This document shows, one piece after another, positions 43,618-56,561 of a stretch of 64,000 bases of DNA. The translations under genes and the position numbers were made by a program. This stretch comes from Candidatus Krumholzibacteriia bacterium. Its GTDB lineage: Bacteria; Krumholzibacteriota; Krumholzibacteriia; LZORAL124-64-63. Every line of letters begins with the position of its first letter. Within the stretch, counting starts at the first letter, position 1. The notes beneath the pieces were generated by a model, which saw only the letters and a program-made list of their open reading frames with translations, did not search any database and was not told the DNA's origin. Location: positions 18,189 to 82,188 of the forward strand of contig DAOTGJ010000012.1 in the NCBI GenBank assembly GCA_035447065.1, in the 5' to 3' direction.

Positions 43618-44523
43618 ATGCACGCGCTGCGCAGCACCGTCGATCTCGGCCTTTCGCCGGACCGAAAGGGCAAGGTGCGCGAGATCTTCGACCTCGGCGA
43701 CCGCTTGTTCATCGTCGCCACGGACCGGATCTCCGCCTACGACGTGGTCATGGACCAGGCGGTCCCCGGACGCGGAGTCGTCCTGACCGTGATGACCCTG
43801 GCCTGGCTGAACCGCTTCCCCGACATCCCCAACCACCTGATCACCGCCGACCCCGACCAGTTCCCCGAGCCCTTCGCGAGCCACCGCGAGGCCCTGGCCG
43901 GCCGCAGCATGCTGGTGCGCAAGGCGGAGACGTTCCCGGTGGAGTGCATCGCCCGCGGCTACATCACGGGTTCCGGCTGGAAGTCGTACCTGGCCGAGGG
44001 GCACATCTGCGGCCATGACCTGCCCGCCGGCCTGAAGAAGAGCCAGCAGCTCCCGCAGATCCTCTTCACGCCGTCCACCAAGGCGGAGGAGGGCCACGAC
44101 GAGAACATCTCCTTCGCGGAGGCGGAGGCCATGATCGGCGCCGACGACGCCGCGACCCTGCGCGACCTCACCCTGCGCATCTACGGCGAGGGCGCGGCCT
44201 TCGCGCGGGAGCACGGGGTGCTGATCGCGGACACCAAGTTCGAGTTCGGGCGCATCGACGGGAAGGTCACCCTCATCGACGAGGTGCTCACGCCGGACTC
44301 GTCGCGCTTCTGGCCCGCCGCGGACCACGTTCCCGGCGAGGAGCCGCCCAGCTGGGACAAGCAGATCCTGCGCAACCACCTGGAGACCCTGGACTGGGAC
44401 AAGACGCCGCCGCCGCCGGCCCTGCCCCAGGACATCCTGGACCGCACCCTGGCCCGGTACCGCGAGGTGCTGGAGATCCTGTTCCCCGAGGAGGCCGCCC
44501 GATGGGCAACGGCGCTGAACTGA
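43618..44523 (+). CDS. purC: phosphoribosylaminoimidazole-succinocarboxamide synthase PurC
   Basis: 301 aa from ATG 43618 (GKVREIFD...SAYDVVM...DTKFEFG). The track ORF from 43210 is an upstream in-frame extension. Confidence 0.9.
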   Translation: MHALRSTVDLGLSPDRKGKVREIFDLGDRLFIVATDRISAYDVVMDQAVPGRGVVLTVMTLAWLNRFPDIPNHLITADPDQFPEPFASHREALAGRSMLVRKAETFPVECIARGYITGSGWKSYLAEGHICGHDLPAGLKKSQQLPQILFTPSTKAEEGHDENISFAEAEAMIGADDAATLRDLTLRIYGEGAAFAREHGVLIADTKFEFGRIDGKVTLIDEVLTPDSSRFWPAADHVPGEEPPSWDKQILRNHLETLDWDKTPPPPALPQDILDRTLARYREVLEILFPEEAARWATALN

Positions 44524-46046
44524 ACCGCCCCCGGCGCGCGCTGCTGAGCGTGACCGACAAGACGGACCTGGACGTGGTGGCCGACGCGCTGAAGGCCCAC
44601 GGCTACGAGATGATCGCCAGCGGCGGCACCGCCGCCTGGCTGCGCGACCACGGCTGCCGGGTGGTGGACGTGAGCGAGGTGACCGGCTTCCCCGAGGTGT
44701 TCGGCGGCCGGGTGAAGACCCTGCATCCGCTGGTCTTCGGCGGCATCCTGGGGCCGGACGAGGCCGCCTTCGCCGGCGTGGCGGAGCTGGGCCTGCGGCC
44801 GGTGGACGTGGTGGTCTGCAACCTCTACGACTTCGAGGCCGCCATCGAGGGCGGCGCCGACGAGGCCGGGGCCATCGAGAAGATCGACATCGGCGGACCG
44901 TCGCTGCTGCGCGCGGCGGCCAAGAACTTCCGCCGCGTGTGCGTGCTGCCGTCGCCGGACTACTACGAGGAGTTCGCCGACGCCTGCGACGCGGGCGGCG
45001 GCCTGCCGGACCTGGAGTTCCGCCGGCGCATGGCGGCCCAGACCTTCGAGACCGTCCTGGACTACGACATGGCCATCAGCGAGTGGTTCCAGGCCGAGTC
45101 CACCGCCGACACCAACCTGCTGACCCTGCGCTACGGGGAGAACCCGCACCAGGCGGCGGAGATGACCGTGCCCATCGGCAGCGGCGAGGGTCCGCTGGCG
45201 GGCATGGGGCTGCTCCAGCTCAACGGCAAGGAGCTCTCCTACAACAACGTGATCGACGTGATCGCGGCCGGGAAGCTGGCCGCGGATCTGGACGGCATCG
45301 CCTGCGCGGCCATCAAGCACACCAATCCCTGCGGCGTGGGCACGGGCGGCACGGCGGCGGCGGCGTTGGAGCGCGCCCTGCTGTGCGACCCGGAGTCGGC
45401 CTTCGGCGGCATCTTCGCCTTCACGTCGGAGGTGGATCTGCCGGCGGCGGAGATCCTGGCGGAACGCTTCTGCGAGGTGATCCTGGCGCCGTCGTACAGC
45501 GAGGACGCCCTGGCGCGGCTGCAGAAGAAGAAGAACCTGCGCGTGCTGGAGATGGATCCGGCCCTGTTCACGCGCACCACGTCGGGGCGCAGCCTGTCCT
45601 TCGGCGAGGTGAACCTCTTCCAGGACGAGGACATGGGCTTCCCGGAGCTGGACACCTGGGAGCACGTGGCCGGCCCCGCGCCGGACGCGGCCACCCTGGA
45701 CGCCCTGCGCCTGAACTGGAAGGTCTGCAAGCACGTCAAGAGCAACGCCATCGTGCTGGGAGACGCCTCCGGCACCCTGGGCATCGGCGCCGGGCAGATG
45801 AGCCGCGTGGACAGCACGCGCATCGCCGTGCGCAAGGCGGGGGACCAGGAGCTGGAGCTGAAGGGGTGCGCCTGCGCCTCGGACGCCTTCTTCCCCTTCG
45901 CCGATTCCATGGAGCGCCTGCACGAGGTGGGCGTGGCCGCGGCGGTGGCCCCCAAGGGCTCCATCCGCGACGACGAGGTGATCGCCGCCGCCGAGCGCCT
46001 GGGCATCACGCTGATGCACACGGACCGGCGCCACTTCCGCCACTGA
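44502..46046 (+). CDS. purH: bifunctional AICAR transformylase / IMP cyclohydrolase PurH
   Basis: 514 aa. MGS-like N-domain (ALLSVTDKTDLDVVADALKAHGYEMIASGGTA) and AICARFT domain (KHTNPCGV). Confidence 0.9.
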   Translation: MGNGAELNRPRRALLSVTDKTDLDVVADALKAHGYEMIASGGTAAWLRDHGCRVVDVSEVTGFPEVFGGRVKTLHPLVFGGILGPDEAAFAGVAELGLRPVDVVVCNLYDFEAAIEGGADEAGAIEKIDIGGPSLLRAAAKNFRRVCVLPSPDYYEEFADACDAGGGLPDLEFRRRMAAQTFETVLDYDMAISEWFQAESTADTNLLTLRYGENPHQAAEMTVPIGSGEGPLAGMGLLQLNGKELSYNNVIDVIAAGKLAADLDGIACAAIKHTNPCGVGTGGTAAAALERALLCDPESAFGGIFAFTSEVDLPAAEILAERFCEVILAPSYSEDALARLQKKKNLRVLEMDPALFTRTTSGRSLSFGEVNLFQDEDMGFPELDTWEHVAGPAPDAATLDALRLNWKVCKHVKSNAIVLGDASGTLGIGAGQMSRVDSTRIAVRKAGDQELELKGCACASDAFFPFADSMERLHEVGVAAAVAPKGSIRDDEVIAAAERLGITLMHTDRRHFRH

Positions 46047-46057
46047 CCGGAGGACCC

Positions 46058-47617
46058 ATGGCCAACGCCAGCCATCCCGTCCACGCCGAGATCGCCGTCA
46101 TCGATTTCGGCAGCCAGTACACCCAGCTCATCGCGCGCCGGCTGCGCGAGGTGGGCGTGTTCAGCCAGATCTATCCCTTCCACCGCTACCAGGACGTGCT
46201 GGGGCGGCCGGAGGTGAAGGGCCTGGTGCTGTCGGGCGGCCCGTCGTCGGTGAGCGACGAGGGCGCGCCCAGCGTGGGCGGGGACCTCTGGGAGGCCGGC
46301 ATCCCCATCCTGGGCATCTGCTACGGCATGCAGCTCACGTGCGAACGCCTGGGCGGGCGCCTGGAGCGTTCCAACCAGCGCGAGTACGGGCCGGCGCGCA
46401 TCCGGGTCACGGATCCGCAGGACCCCTTCTTCGCCGGCACGCCGGTGGAGCAGGGCGTGTGGATGAGCCACGGCGACCGCGTGGACGCCCTGCCCGAAGG
46501 CTTCCATGGGCTGGCGGCGTCGGACAGCATCCCGTTCGCGGCGGCGGCGGATCCGCGGCGGCGCGTCTGGCTGGTGCAGTACCATCCGGAGGTGGTGCAC
46601 ACGGACCACGGCATGCGCATGCTGGAGAACTTCACGCGCACGGTGTGCGGCGTGACCGAGGAGTGGTCGGCGTCGGCGTTCGTGGACGAGACCATCGCCG
46701 AGATCCGCGCCGTGGTGGGCGACGACCACGTGCTCTGCGGCGTGTCCGGCGGCGTGGACTCCACCGTGGTGGCGGCGCTGCTGGACAAGGCCATCGGCGG
46801 GCAGCTGCACACGGTGTTCGTGGACAACGGCGTGCTGCGGCACAACGAGGCCGACAACGTGGAGCACGACCTCAACGCCTTCCTGCACCGTCCGGTGGTG
46901 CGCGTGGACGCCGGCGACCGCTTCCTGGGCCGGCTGGCGGGGGTGGAGGAGCCGGAGCGCAAGCGCGTGATCATCGGCAACACCTTCATCGAGGTGTTCA
47001 AGGAGGCCACGGCGGCCATCGGCCACGTGAAGTTCCTGGCCCAGGGCACGCTGTACCCGGACCGCATCGAGAGCGTGTCGGTGGCGGGCCCCAGCCACGT
47101 CATCAAGACCCACCACAACGTGGGCGGGCTGCCGGCGGAGCTGGGCTTCGAGCTCATCGAGCCCCTGAAGGATCTCTTCAAGGACGAGGTGCGGCGCGTG
47201 GGGCGCAGCCTGGACGTGCCGGAGTCGCTGCTCATGCGGCACCCGTTCCCCGGACCGGGCCTGGCCGTGCGCATCCTGGGCGAGGTGAGCCCGGAGCGGG
47301 TGCGGTTGCTCCAGGCCGCGGACCACATCTACATTCAGGAACTCCTGGCGTCCGGGGAGTACAACAAGATCTGGCAGGCCGGCGCGGTGCTGCTGCCGGT
47401 CAAGACCGTGGGCGTGATGGGCGACCAGCGCACCTACGAGCACGCGGTGGCCCTGCGCGCGGTGACCAGCCAGGACGGCATGACCGCGGACTGGGCCCGC
47501 ATTCCGGGCGAGGTCCTGGCCCGCATCAGCAACCGCATCATCAACGAGGTGCCGGGCATCAACCGCGTGGTGTATGACATCAGCAGCAAGCCGCCCAGCA
47601 CCATCGAATGGGAGTAG
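46058..47617 (+). CDS. guaA: GMP synthase (glutamine-hydrolysing) GuaA
   Basis: GATase class I (ILGICYGMQL) plus ATP-PPase (SGGVDSTV) and C-terminal dimerisation domain ending IEWE. Start ATG 46058. Confidence 0.9.
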   Translation: MANASHPVHAEIAVIDFGSQYTQLIARRLREVGVFSQIYPFHRYQDVLGRPEVKGLVLSGGPSSVSDEGAPSVGGDLWEAGIPILGICYGMQLTCERLGGRLERSNQREYGPARIRVTDPQDPFFAGTPVEQGVWMSHGDRVDALPEGFHGLAASDSIPFAAAADPRRRVWLVQYHPEVVHTDHGMRMLENFTRTVCGVTEEWSASAFVDETIAEIRAVVGDDHVLCGVSGGVDSTVVAALLDKAIGGQLHTVFVDNGVLRHNEADNVEHDLNAFLHRPVVRVDAGDRFLGRLAGVEEPERKRVIIGNTFIEVFKEATAAIGHVKFLAQGTLYPDRIESVSVAGPSHVIKTHHNVGGLPAELGFELIEPLKDLFKDEVRRVGRSLDVPESLLMRHPFPGPGLAVRILGEVSPERVRLLQAADHIYIQELLASGEYNKIWQAGAVLLPVKTVGVMGDQRTYEHAVALRAVTSQDGMTADWARIPGEVLARISNRIINEVPGINRVVYDISSKPPSTIEWE

Positions 47618-47627
47618 GACCCGCACG

Positions 47628-50249
47628 GTGATCCGAGCCACGTTCCGCCGCGACCGCTGGGCCACGGCCGTCCTGCTGGGGACGGCCGTGCTGTTGTGGG
47701 CGGCGGCGGCGGGGGCGGCCGGCTGGGACCGCGGCGCCCGGCGCGAGGCCCTGAAGGCGGAGGCGGCGGCCGCCGGCGCGCAGCAGCGGCGCCTGCTGGT
47801 GATCCCGGTGGACTTCGCCGACGCGCGCTTGCCCGCGGACTGGACGCCCTTGGCGGCGGCGGCGGGGCTGGACTCCCTGCGGGCGTTCTGGGCACGGGCC
47901 TCGGACGGGATCCTGGATCTGGAGACCGTGCTCGCGCCCCCGGTCCACCTGCCCGGAACCCGGCGCGACTACTCGGACCGGGATCTGGGCGGCGATCTGA
48001 TCCGTTCCCGAGCCTTGGCCGCGGACGCCCTCACGGCCACCGCCGCGGCCCTGCCCCTGGCCCTGGCCGACGCCGACGGCGACGGCGAGGTGGACGGCGT
48101 GCTCCTGCTCCACGCCGCCCCGGGCCTGGAGAACGACCCCGTGACCGGCCTCATCCAGCCCCTGCAGTCCTACCTCCTGGAGCCGGTGGTCCACCGCGGC
48201 ACCCTGGCCCGCCTCTACGCCGTGGCCTCCCTGCAGGCGCGGACGGGACTCTGGATCCATGAGACGGGCCACCTGCTGGGCCTGGAGGACCGCTACGACC
48301 TGGCCCTCTCCGGCGGCCAGGTGGACGGGGAGAACGTGGCCGGCGGCGGCCTGGGCGTGTTCAGCCTCATGGCGGCCGGCTGGACCGGCGCGCCGTCGGA
48401 GCTCCACCTGGACGCCTACAGCCGCGCGGCCCTGGGTTGGACGACGCCCCAGCCCGCCGTGGACGGCGCCGTCACCTGGAGCGGGACGGGAGGCGCGTCG
48501 CTGCGCCTGGACCTGGATCCGGACGGGGACGCCGCCTCCTACTACCTCCTGGAGACCGTGAGCGCCCCGCGGCTGGGTCTGCCGCCGGGGGAGAGCGCCG
48601 TGCTGGCCTACCACGTGGACGAGGGCGTGCCCGAGGACGGCCAGTCCAGCAGCGATCCGAACGACCGTCACCTGCGCGTGCGCCTGGTGGAAGCCGACGG
48701 CGACGGAGCCCTGGCCCGCGGCGAGGATGCGGGCGGGTGGACGGACGCGTGGCGCTCCGGCGCCGCGGCCGCGTCCTGGCCGGAGCCGACGCCGCCCTAC
48801 GGCGGCAGCGCCCGCACGGCCGTGGACGCCGTCCGCGAGGGGGCCGCGGTGGATCTGCGGGCGCTCACGAGCCGCTGGAAGATCCGCGCGGAATTCACGG
48901 TCATCGATGAAGATACGACCTTGGTCGTCCAGGTCGATCCCTGGGGCCCGACGCCTCCGTCGCAGGTGGCTCTGGCGGTGCTGGACGGCACCGGAGATCC
49001 GGCCGTGATCACGGCGCCGCTGCAGGGGGGCGATCCCTACGTCACGGCTCCCATCGTCTGGACGCCGGCCCCGGACCTGGTCCCGGGCGACGTGACGCGC
49101 CTCCGCTTGACCGTGACCCCGGGCCCCACGGTCCTCGAGACGGCATGGGCCTGGGGCGGGACCGACCCGACCCTGCTCGGCTGGCCCGCGGGCTGGACGC
49201 TGACCGACGCCGCCTGGCGCGACGGCGCCGCCGCCGGCATGGCTCCGGGGGAATGGACCGTCGTCGCGGCCCTGGGGCCGGCGGCGGATCCCGCGGACTG
49301 GCCCGACGTGCGCATCGCCAACGCCCTCGCCACCGAGATCCTGAGCCCGCCGCTGCCGGCCGGGACCCCCGTCCTGCTGCGCCATTGGCCGGATCTGGGC
49401 CCCGGCGACGACGGCTTCCACGGCGACGGCGCCGTGCTCGAGTACGTCCTGGCCGACGGCACGCGCGCGCCGGCCACGCCCCGCGGCGGCTACCCCGGCG
49501 CCGTGGACCGCGCTTCGACCACCGCCCTGGCGGGACGCGCGGCCTTCGCCGACGCCGGCCCCCTGGACGAGGCCGGCGCCCCCCTCTGGCGCCTGGACTG
49601 GATCCCGGCCCCGGACGCCGCCGCTCCGTACCGCCTCGCCTTCCGCGCCGCCACCGACGGGCTCTGGTCCGGTCGCGGCTGGTGGCTGGGCGGACTGCGC
49701 GCCGCCGTCCCGGAAGACACGGCCCTGGTGGCGCCCGCCCTGGCCGACGGGGCCTGGACCTGGAGCGCGGACGGCGCGAGCGAGGTCCAGATCAGCGCGG
49801 ACGGCGCGGATTGGATCACGGTGGCGGTCGCGGCCGACCCGTGGTACCCGGAGGCGGACCTCCTGGCCGATCTCGCGGCGCTGGGCTGCTCCCGCGCCCG
49901 CCTGCGCATCGTGGTCCAGGAGGAGGGCTGGCGACGCGCCACCGCCCCGGCGAGCCTGGCCGGCGCGCGCGCCGCGGACCCCTTCCGCGACCTGGCCGCC
50001 TGGCCCAACCCTTCCCGCGACGGCTGCCGCATCCATCTGAGCGTGGCCGAGGGCGTCCAGGACGCCGCCCTGGACCTCCATGACCTGCGGGGCCGCCGGC
50101 TGCGGAGCTGGACGCTCGCGCCGGGCGACCAGATCGTGGCCTGGGACGGCCGCGACGCCGAAGGCCGCCGCCTGCCGGCCGGCCGCTATCTCCTGCGCGC
50201 CCGCTTGGACGGCGCCGTTCTGCGAAGGAGCGTGACCCTGCTGCCATGA
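47628..50249 (+). CDS. secreted M6/InhA-like zinc metalloprotease with T9SS-type (Por secretion tail / FlgD-Ig-like) C-terminal sorting domain
   Basis: GTG start and signal peptide. HETGHLLGLEDRYD matches the HExxHxxGxxD signature of M6 immune-inhibitor-A peptidases. The last ~80 aa (AWPNPSRDGCRIHLSV...LHDLRGRRLRSWTL...AWDGRDAEGRRLPAGRYLLRARLDGAVLRRSVTLLP) fit the Por secretion C-terminal domain pattern. Confidence 0.6.
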   Translation: MIRATFRRDRWATAVLLGTAVLLWAAAAGAAGWDRGARREALKAEAAAAGAQQRRLLVIPVDFADARLPADWTPLAAAAGLDSLRAFWARASDGILDLETVLAPPVHLPGTRRDYSDRDLGGDLIRSRALAADALTATAAALPLALADADGDGEVDGVLLLHAAPGLENDPVTGLIQPLQSYLLEPVVHRGTLARLYAVASLQARTGLWIHETGHLLGLEDRYDLALSGGQVDGENVAGGGLGVFSLMAAGWTGAPSELHLDAYSRAALGWTTPQPAVDGAVTWSGTGGASLRLDLDPDGDAASYYLLETVSAPRLGLPPGESAVLAYHVDEGVPEDGQSSSDPNDRHLRVRLVEADGDGALARGEDAGGWTDAWRSGAAAASWPEPTPPYGGSARTAVDAVREGAAVDLRALTSRWKIRAEFTVIDEDTTLVVQVDPWGPTPPSQVALAVLDGTGDPAVITAPLQGGDPYVTAPIVWTPAPDLVPGDVTRLRLTVTPGPTVLETAWAWGGTDPTLLGWPAGWTLTDAAWRDGAAAGMAPGEWTVVAALGPAADPADWPDVRIANALATEILSPPLPAGTPVLLRHWPDLGPGDDGFHGDGAVLEYVLADGTRAPATPRGGYPGAVDRASTTALAGRAAFADAGPLDEAGAPLWRLDWIPAPDAAAPYRLAFRAATDGLWSGRGWWLGGLRAAVPEDTALVAPALADGAWTWSADGASEVQISADGADWITVAVAADPWYPEADLLADLAALGCSRARLRIVVQEEGWRRATAPASLAGARAADPFRDLAAWPNPSRDGCRIHLSVAEGVQDAALDLHDLRGRRLRSWTLAPGDQIVAWDGRDAEGRRLPAGRYLLRARLDGAVLRRSVTLLP

Positions 50250-52339
50250 TGCGAGGACGGATCCTGACCCTGCTCATCCTGCTGCTGGCCGTGCCGTGGG
50301 CCCGGGCCGACGACGCCTTCCTGGAGCGCTTCCGCGTGGGCGCCTACCGCGAGGCGGCGGCGACGGACGCCCGCGGCTGGCCCCTGGACCTCTTCCCGGC
50401 CCCCCGGGACACCGCGGACGACCTGGCGGAGCTGGACACCCTGCTGGCGCGCCTGGACCTGGCCGATCCGGCCCCGGCCGGAGCCCGCGTCGTGGCCGCC
50501 GCACCCGGGGAGGCCGCGGCCGTGCTCGCGTCCTGGCGTCGCGTCCATGCCGACCGCCTGGCCCAGGCCCACGCCGCCCTCGCCGCCTGGCGCGACGAGG
50601 ACTGGGCCCGCGCCGCGGAGCTCTGCGCCGCCCTGGCCCGCGACGGGGATGCCGCCGAGGCCGTCTTCGTCTGGACCCTGCGCCGCGATGCGGCCCTGGA
50701 GCGCGGGACCGGTCGGGCGCCCCATCCGTCGGATCTCTGGGTGGCGGCCATCGCGCTGGGGCCCTTCGACTCCGCCAGCGGCTGGTCCCTCTGGCGCGCC
50801 CGCCGCGAAGCCCTGGGCGAACCCCTGCTGCCCGCCTGGGTCGACGAACGGCGCAGCGCCCTCTGGCTGGCGGGCCTGGGGGAGTGCGGCCTCGCCGCGG
50901 CCGATCTTCAGGCCTCCGGCTTCGCGCCGGAGCTCCAGGCCGCCCTCGGCGCCGCGGTGCTGCCGCGGGAGGAGCTCGCGGCCCATTTCCGCCGCCACCC
51001 GCAGCCTCCGGCCGACGCCGCCCTGGCCGGCCTCTGGGCCCGCGGCCGTCAGCGCCAGGAGCGTTTCGCCGTGGAGGCCACGGAGGCCCTCGGCGCCCGC
51101 GACGATCTGCCCGCCTCCGTGCGCACCGACCTGTTGCGCAAGGCCGCCGACCGCCGCATCACCGACCTGCAGTGGGCCGAGGGCCGCGCCGCCCTGGCGG
51201 ACGCCGTGGAGCAGGCCCTGGCCTCCGGCTCCTCCTGGCGCCAGCGCCTGGCCGGGGCGGAGCTGCGCCGCGCCGAGGCCATGGCCCGTCACCGCGGCCG
51301 CCCCGACGACGCCCTGGCCCTGGTGGCCCTCCAGGGCCGCCTGCCGGATCAGGACGACGACGACGCCTTCACGGCCCGCCTGCGCACCCGCGTCCGGGCC
51401 GGGGAGGCCACGCCGCTGGGGCAATCCGCCTTCTCCTACCAGCCCGGGCTGTCGCAGACGGCCCGGGACGCCCTCTGGCCCGTCTGGGCCGCCTGGGGCG
51501 AGCGACTCTGCGGCGATGGTTTCGGCTGGTACCGTGACGCTCTGGCCGCCGTGGCGACGGCCGCCACGCCCGCGGAGCGGCGCGTCGCCGTGGAACGCGC
51601 CGTGGCCACGGTGCTGATCCGCACCGAGGGCGGTCGCGCCCTGCTGCACTGGGGCCTGGACCTGGACCTGGAGGCCCAAGGCCGGGGCGCAAGCCCCGCC
51701 TACCCCAGCCCCGTGCCCGCGCTGATCGCCGACGCCCCTCCCGTCAGGATCCACGCCGCCCTGGGCCTCTGCCTCCTGGCGGGCGACCCGCGGGGCCAGC
51801 TGGCCTGCGCCTACGCCCTTCCCCGCGGGGGCCTGACGGCCGAGCAGAACCGACGCTTCCTCTATCCGCTGCCCGCCCGCGAGGCCATCGGCGGACTCCT
51901 GGCCCAGGCCGACGACGCCGCCCTGGCCCTGGCCGTGGCCCGCAACGAATCGCTCTTCGATCCCGGCGTGCGTTCCCGCTCCGGGGCCCTGGGCTGGATG
52001 CAGATCATGCCGTTCCACTACGCCGGCGACGGCTATGAGGACGGCCGCGCCGTGTGGCGGGTGCCGGCCACCTCCGTGCGCAAGGGGCTGGAGCTGCTGG
52101 CCACATACGCCGCCCGCTACCACGGCGACCCCTATCGGGCCGTGGCCGCCTACAACGCGGGTCCGGGCGCCGTGGACCGCTGGGACCGCCAGCTGGGGGG
52201 AGAGCCCGACCGCGCCACCTTCCTGGCCTGGATCGGCTATCCGGAGACCCATCGGTACACGGAGAAGGTTTTGATTGACCGGGAGATCTACGCCCACATA
52301 CTGGAGGGCTACCGTCAGGAGGATCCGAGCACGCCATGA
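50246..52339 (+). CDS. slt: soluble lytic murein transglycosylase (Slt70-like: superhelical N-domain + SLT domain)
   Basis: Signal peptide and long helical repeat region. C-terminal SLT motif (VARNESLFDPGVRSRSGALGWMQIMP...AAYNAGPGAVDRW). Confidence 0.7.
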   Translation: MMRGRILTLLILLLAVPWARADDAFLERFRVGAYREAAATDARGWPLDLFPAPRDTADDLAELDTLLARLDLADPAPAGARVVAAAPGEAAAVLASWRRVHADRLAQAHAALAAWRDEDWARAAELCAALARDGDAAEAVFVWTLRRDAALERGTGRAPHPSDLWVAAIALGPFDSASGWSLWRARREALGEPLLPAWVDERRSALWLAGLGECGLAAADLQASGFAPELQAALGAAVLPREELAAHFRRHPQPPADAALAGLWARGRQRQERFAVEATEALGARDDLPASVRTDLLRKAADRRITDLQWAEGRAALADAVEQALASGSSWRQRLAGAELRRAEAMARHRGRPDDALALVALQGRLPDQDDDDAFTARLRTRVRAGEATPLGQSAFSYQPGLSQTARDALWPVWAAWGERLCGDGFGWYRDALAAVATAATPAERRVAVERAVATVLIRTEGGRALLHWGLDLDLEAQGRGASPAYPSPVPALIADAPPVRIHAALGLCLLAGDPRGQLACAYALPRGGLTAEQNRRFLYPLPAREAIGGLLAQADDAALALAVARNESLFDPGVRSRSGALGWMQIMPFHYAGDGYEDGRAVWRVPATSVRKGLELLATYAARYHGDPYRAVAAYNAGPGAVDRWDRQLGGEPDRATFLAWIGYPETHRYTEKVLIDREIYAHILEGYRQEDPSTP

Positions 52340-53034
52340 CCAGCCGGAGCGCACCCGCCAACCGGGCGACGCCCCATTCCGCCCCGCCGCCGGCCCGGTC
52401 CTGGCGCGAGAGCGTGGAATGGGGACGCAAGGCCATCCACGTCTGCTCCACCCTGCTGGCGGTGTGGGTGCTGCTGGTGGACGACCCCCGCGCCACGCTG
52501 GGGCTGGCCCTGGCCACGGTGTTCGTCATCGCGGTGGACCTGTCGCGGCTGCGGGCCAAGCGCTGGGCCCTGTGGATCTACCGCACCTTCCCGCTGATCT
52601 TCCGCCGCGACGAGCGGCACACCCTCAGCGGAGCCTCGGTGATGATGGCGGGAGCCACCATCACGTCGTATCTGTTTCCTGCGGGACCCGCCGCCGCCGG
52701 CATCCTCTGCCTGGCCTGGGGCGACTCCGCCGCCGCGGTGGTGGGGCAGGCGGTCTCGCACAGCCGCCGGCAGCTGGGCCTGGACCCGGCGTTGCGCACG
52801 CGGGCCCCGGCCGTGACCGTGCGCCGCGGCAAGACCTGGGCGGGCTCGGCGGCCTGCCTGGTGGCCTCCATGGTGGTGATCGGCCTGGTGACGGGCTGGC
52901 ACCCCTCGTCCCTGTTCGCGGGCGGCGTGGCCGCCGCGGCCATGGAGCGCTGGACGCCCGGCCGCTGGGACAACCTGGCCATCCCCCTGGTGACCGCCGG
53001 CGTGGTGCAGATCTGCCTGCGCTGGATCGTCTGA
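52336..53034 (+). CDS. polytopic membrane protein, possibly CTP-dependent polyprenol/diacylglycerol kinase family (CdsA/DUF92-like)
   Basis: 232 aa with 5-6 TM helices. RRGKTWAGS resembles the K-x-x-G-x-K-D/E-x-G motif of the CdsA/dolichol-kinase superfamily. ATGA overlap with the slt stop. Confidence 0.3.
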   Translation: MTSRSAPANRATPHSAPPPARSWRESVEWGRKAIHVCSTLLAVWVLLVDDPRATLGLALATVFVIAVDLSRLRAKRWALWIYRTFPLIFRRDERHTLSGASVMMAGATITSYLFPAGPAAAGILCLAWGDSAAAVVGQAVSHSRRQLGLDPALRTRAPAVTVRRGKTWAGSAACLVASMVVIGLVTGWHPSSLFAGGVAAAAMERWTPGRWDNLAIPLVTAGVVQICLRWIV

Positions 53035-53083
53035 CGTTCAGTTTCGCGCGGATGCCCCGCATCCCTCGCAGAAAGAGATCCCC

Positions 53084-56107
<3,024 letters not shown>

Positions 56108-56133
56108 CCGGGCCGCCTTGCCGAGGCCCGGCC
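56108..56133 (+). terminator. GC hairpin immediately after secA stop
   Basis: GCCGGGCC-gccttgccga-GGCCCGGC, an 8-bp stem with no clear U-tract. Confidence 0.3.
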
Positions 56134-56174
56134 CCTGTGCTAGCGTTGCGAGCCTGTTTGTCGGAGGAGAGCCC

Positions 56175-56534
56175 TTGACGCGTGCGCGTGAGAAACTGCG
56201 GGAGACCCTGGCCGAGATGCTCCAGGACTCCTTCGAACACGACCCCGGCGACCGGGAGCGCTTCCGGTCGCGCGAGGCCGTGGCCGTGCGCCATTTCTCG
56301 GCGCACGAGGAGGACCTCCTCACGCCCGCCGCGCGCGGCTATCTGCTCAGCCTGGCCCGCAGCCGCCAGCTGGGCCGGGTGCCCATGGAGCTCATCATCC
56401 AGTACGTGTCGCTGTTCTGGGAGGCCCCGGTGGACATCGGGGACCTGGAGGACCTGCTGGATCAGGTCGTCTTCGGCCTGCCGCCCGAGGACCTGGACGA
56501 CCCGTCGGCCTGGTCGGGCCGCCGCTGCCACTGA
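56175..56534 (+). CDS. hypothetical acidic protein
   Basis: About 119 aa from a TTG start with GGAGGAG Shine-Dalgarno. High GC at third codon positions. No recognisable domain. Start could instead be ATG 56216. Confidence 0.3.
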   Translation: MTRAREKLRETLAEMLQDSFEHDPGDRERFRSREAVAVRHFSAHEEDLLTPAARGYLLSLARSRQLGRVPMELIIQYVSLFWEAPVDIGDLEDLLDQVVFGLPPEDLDDPSAWSGRRCH

Positions 56535-56561
56535 ACCCCGCCGCTGGAGCGAGGAGGGATC

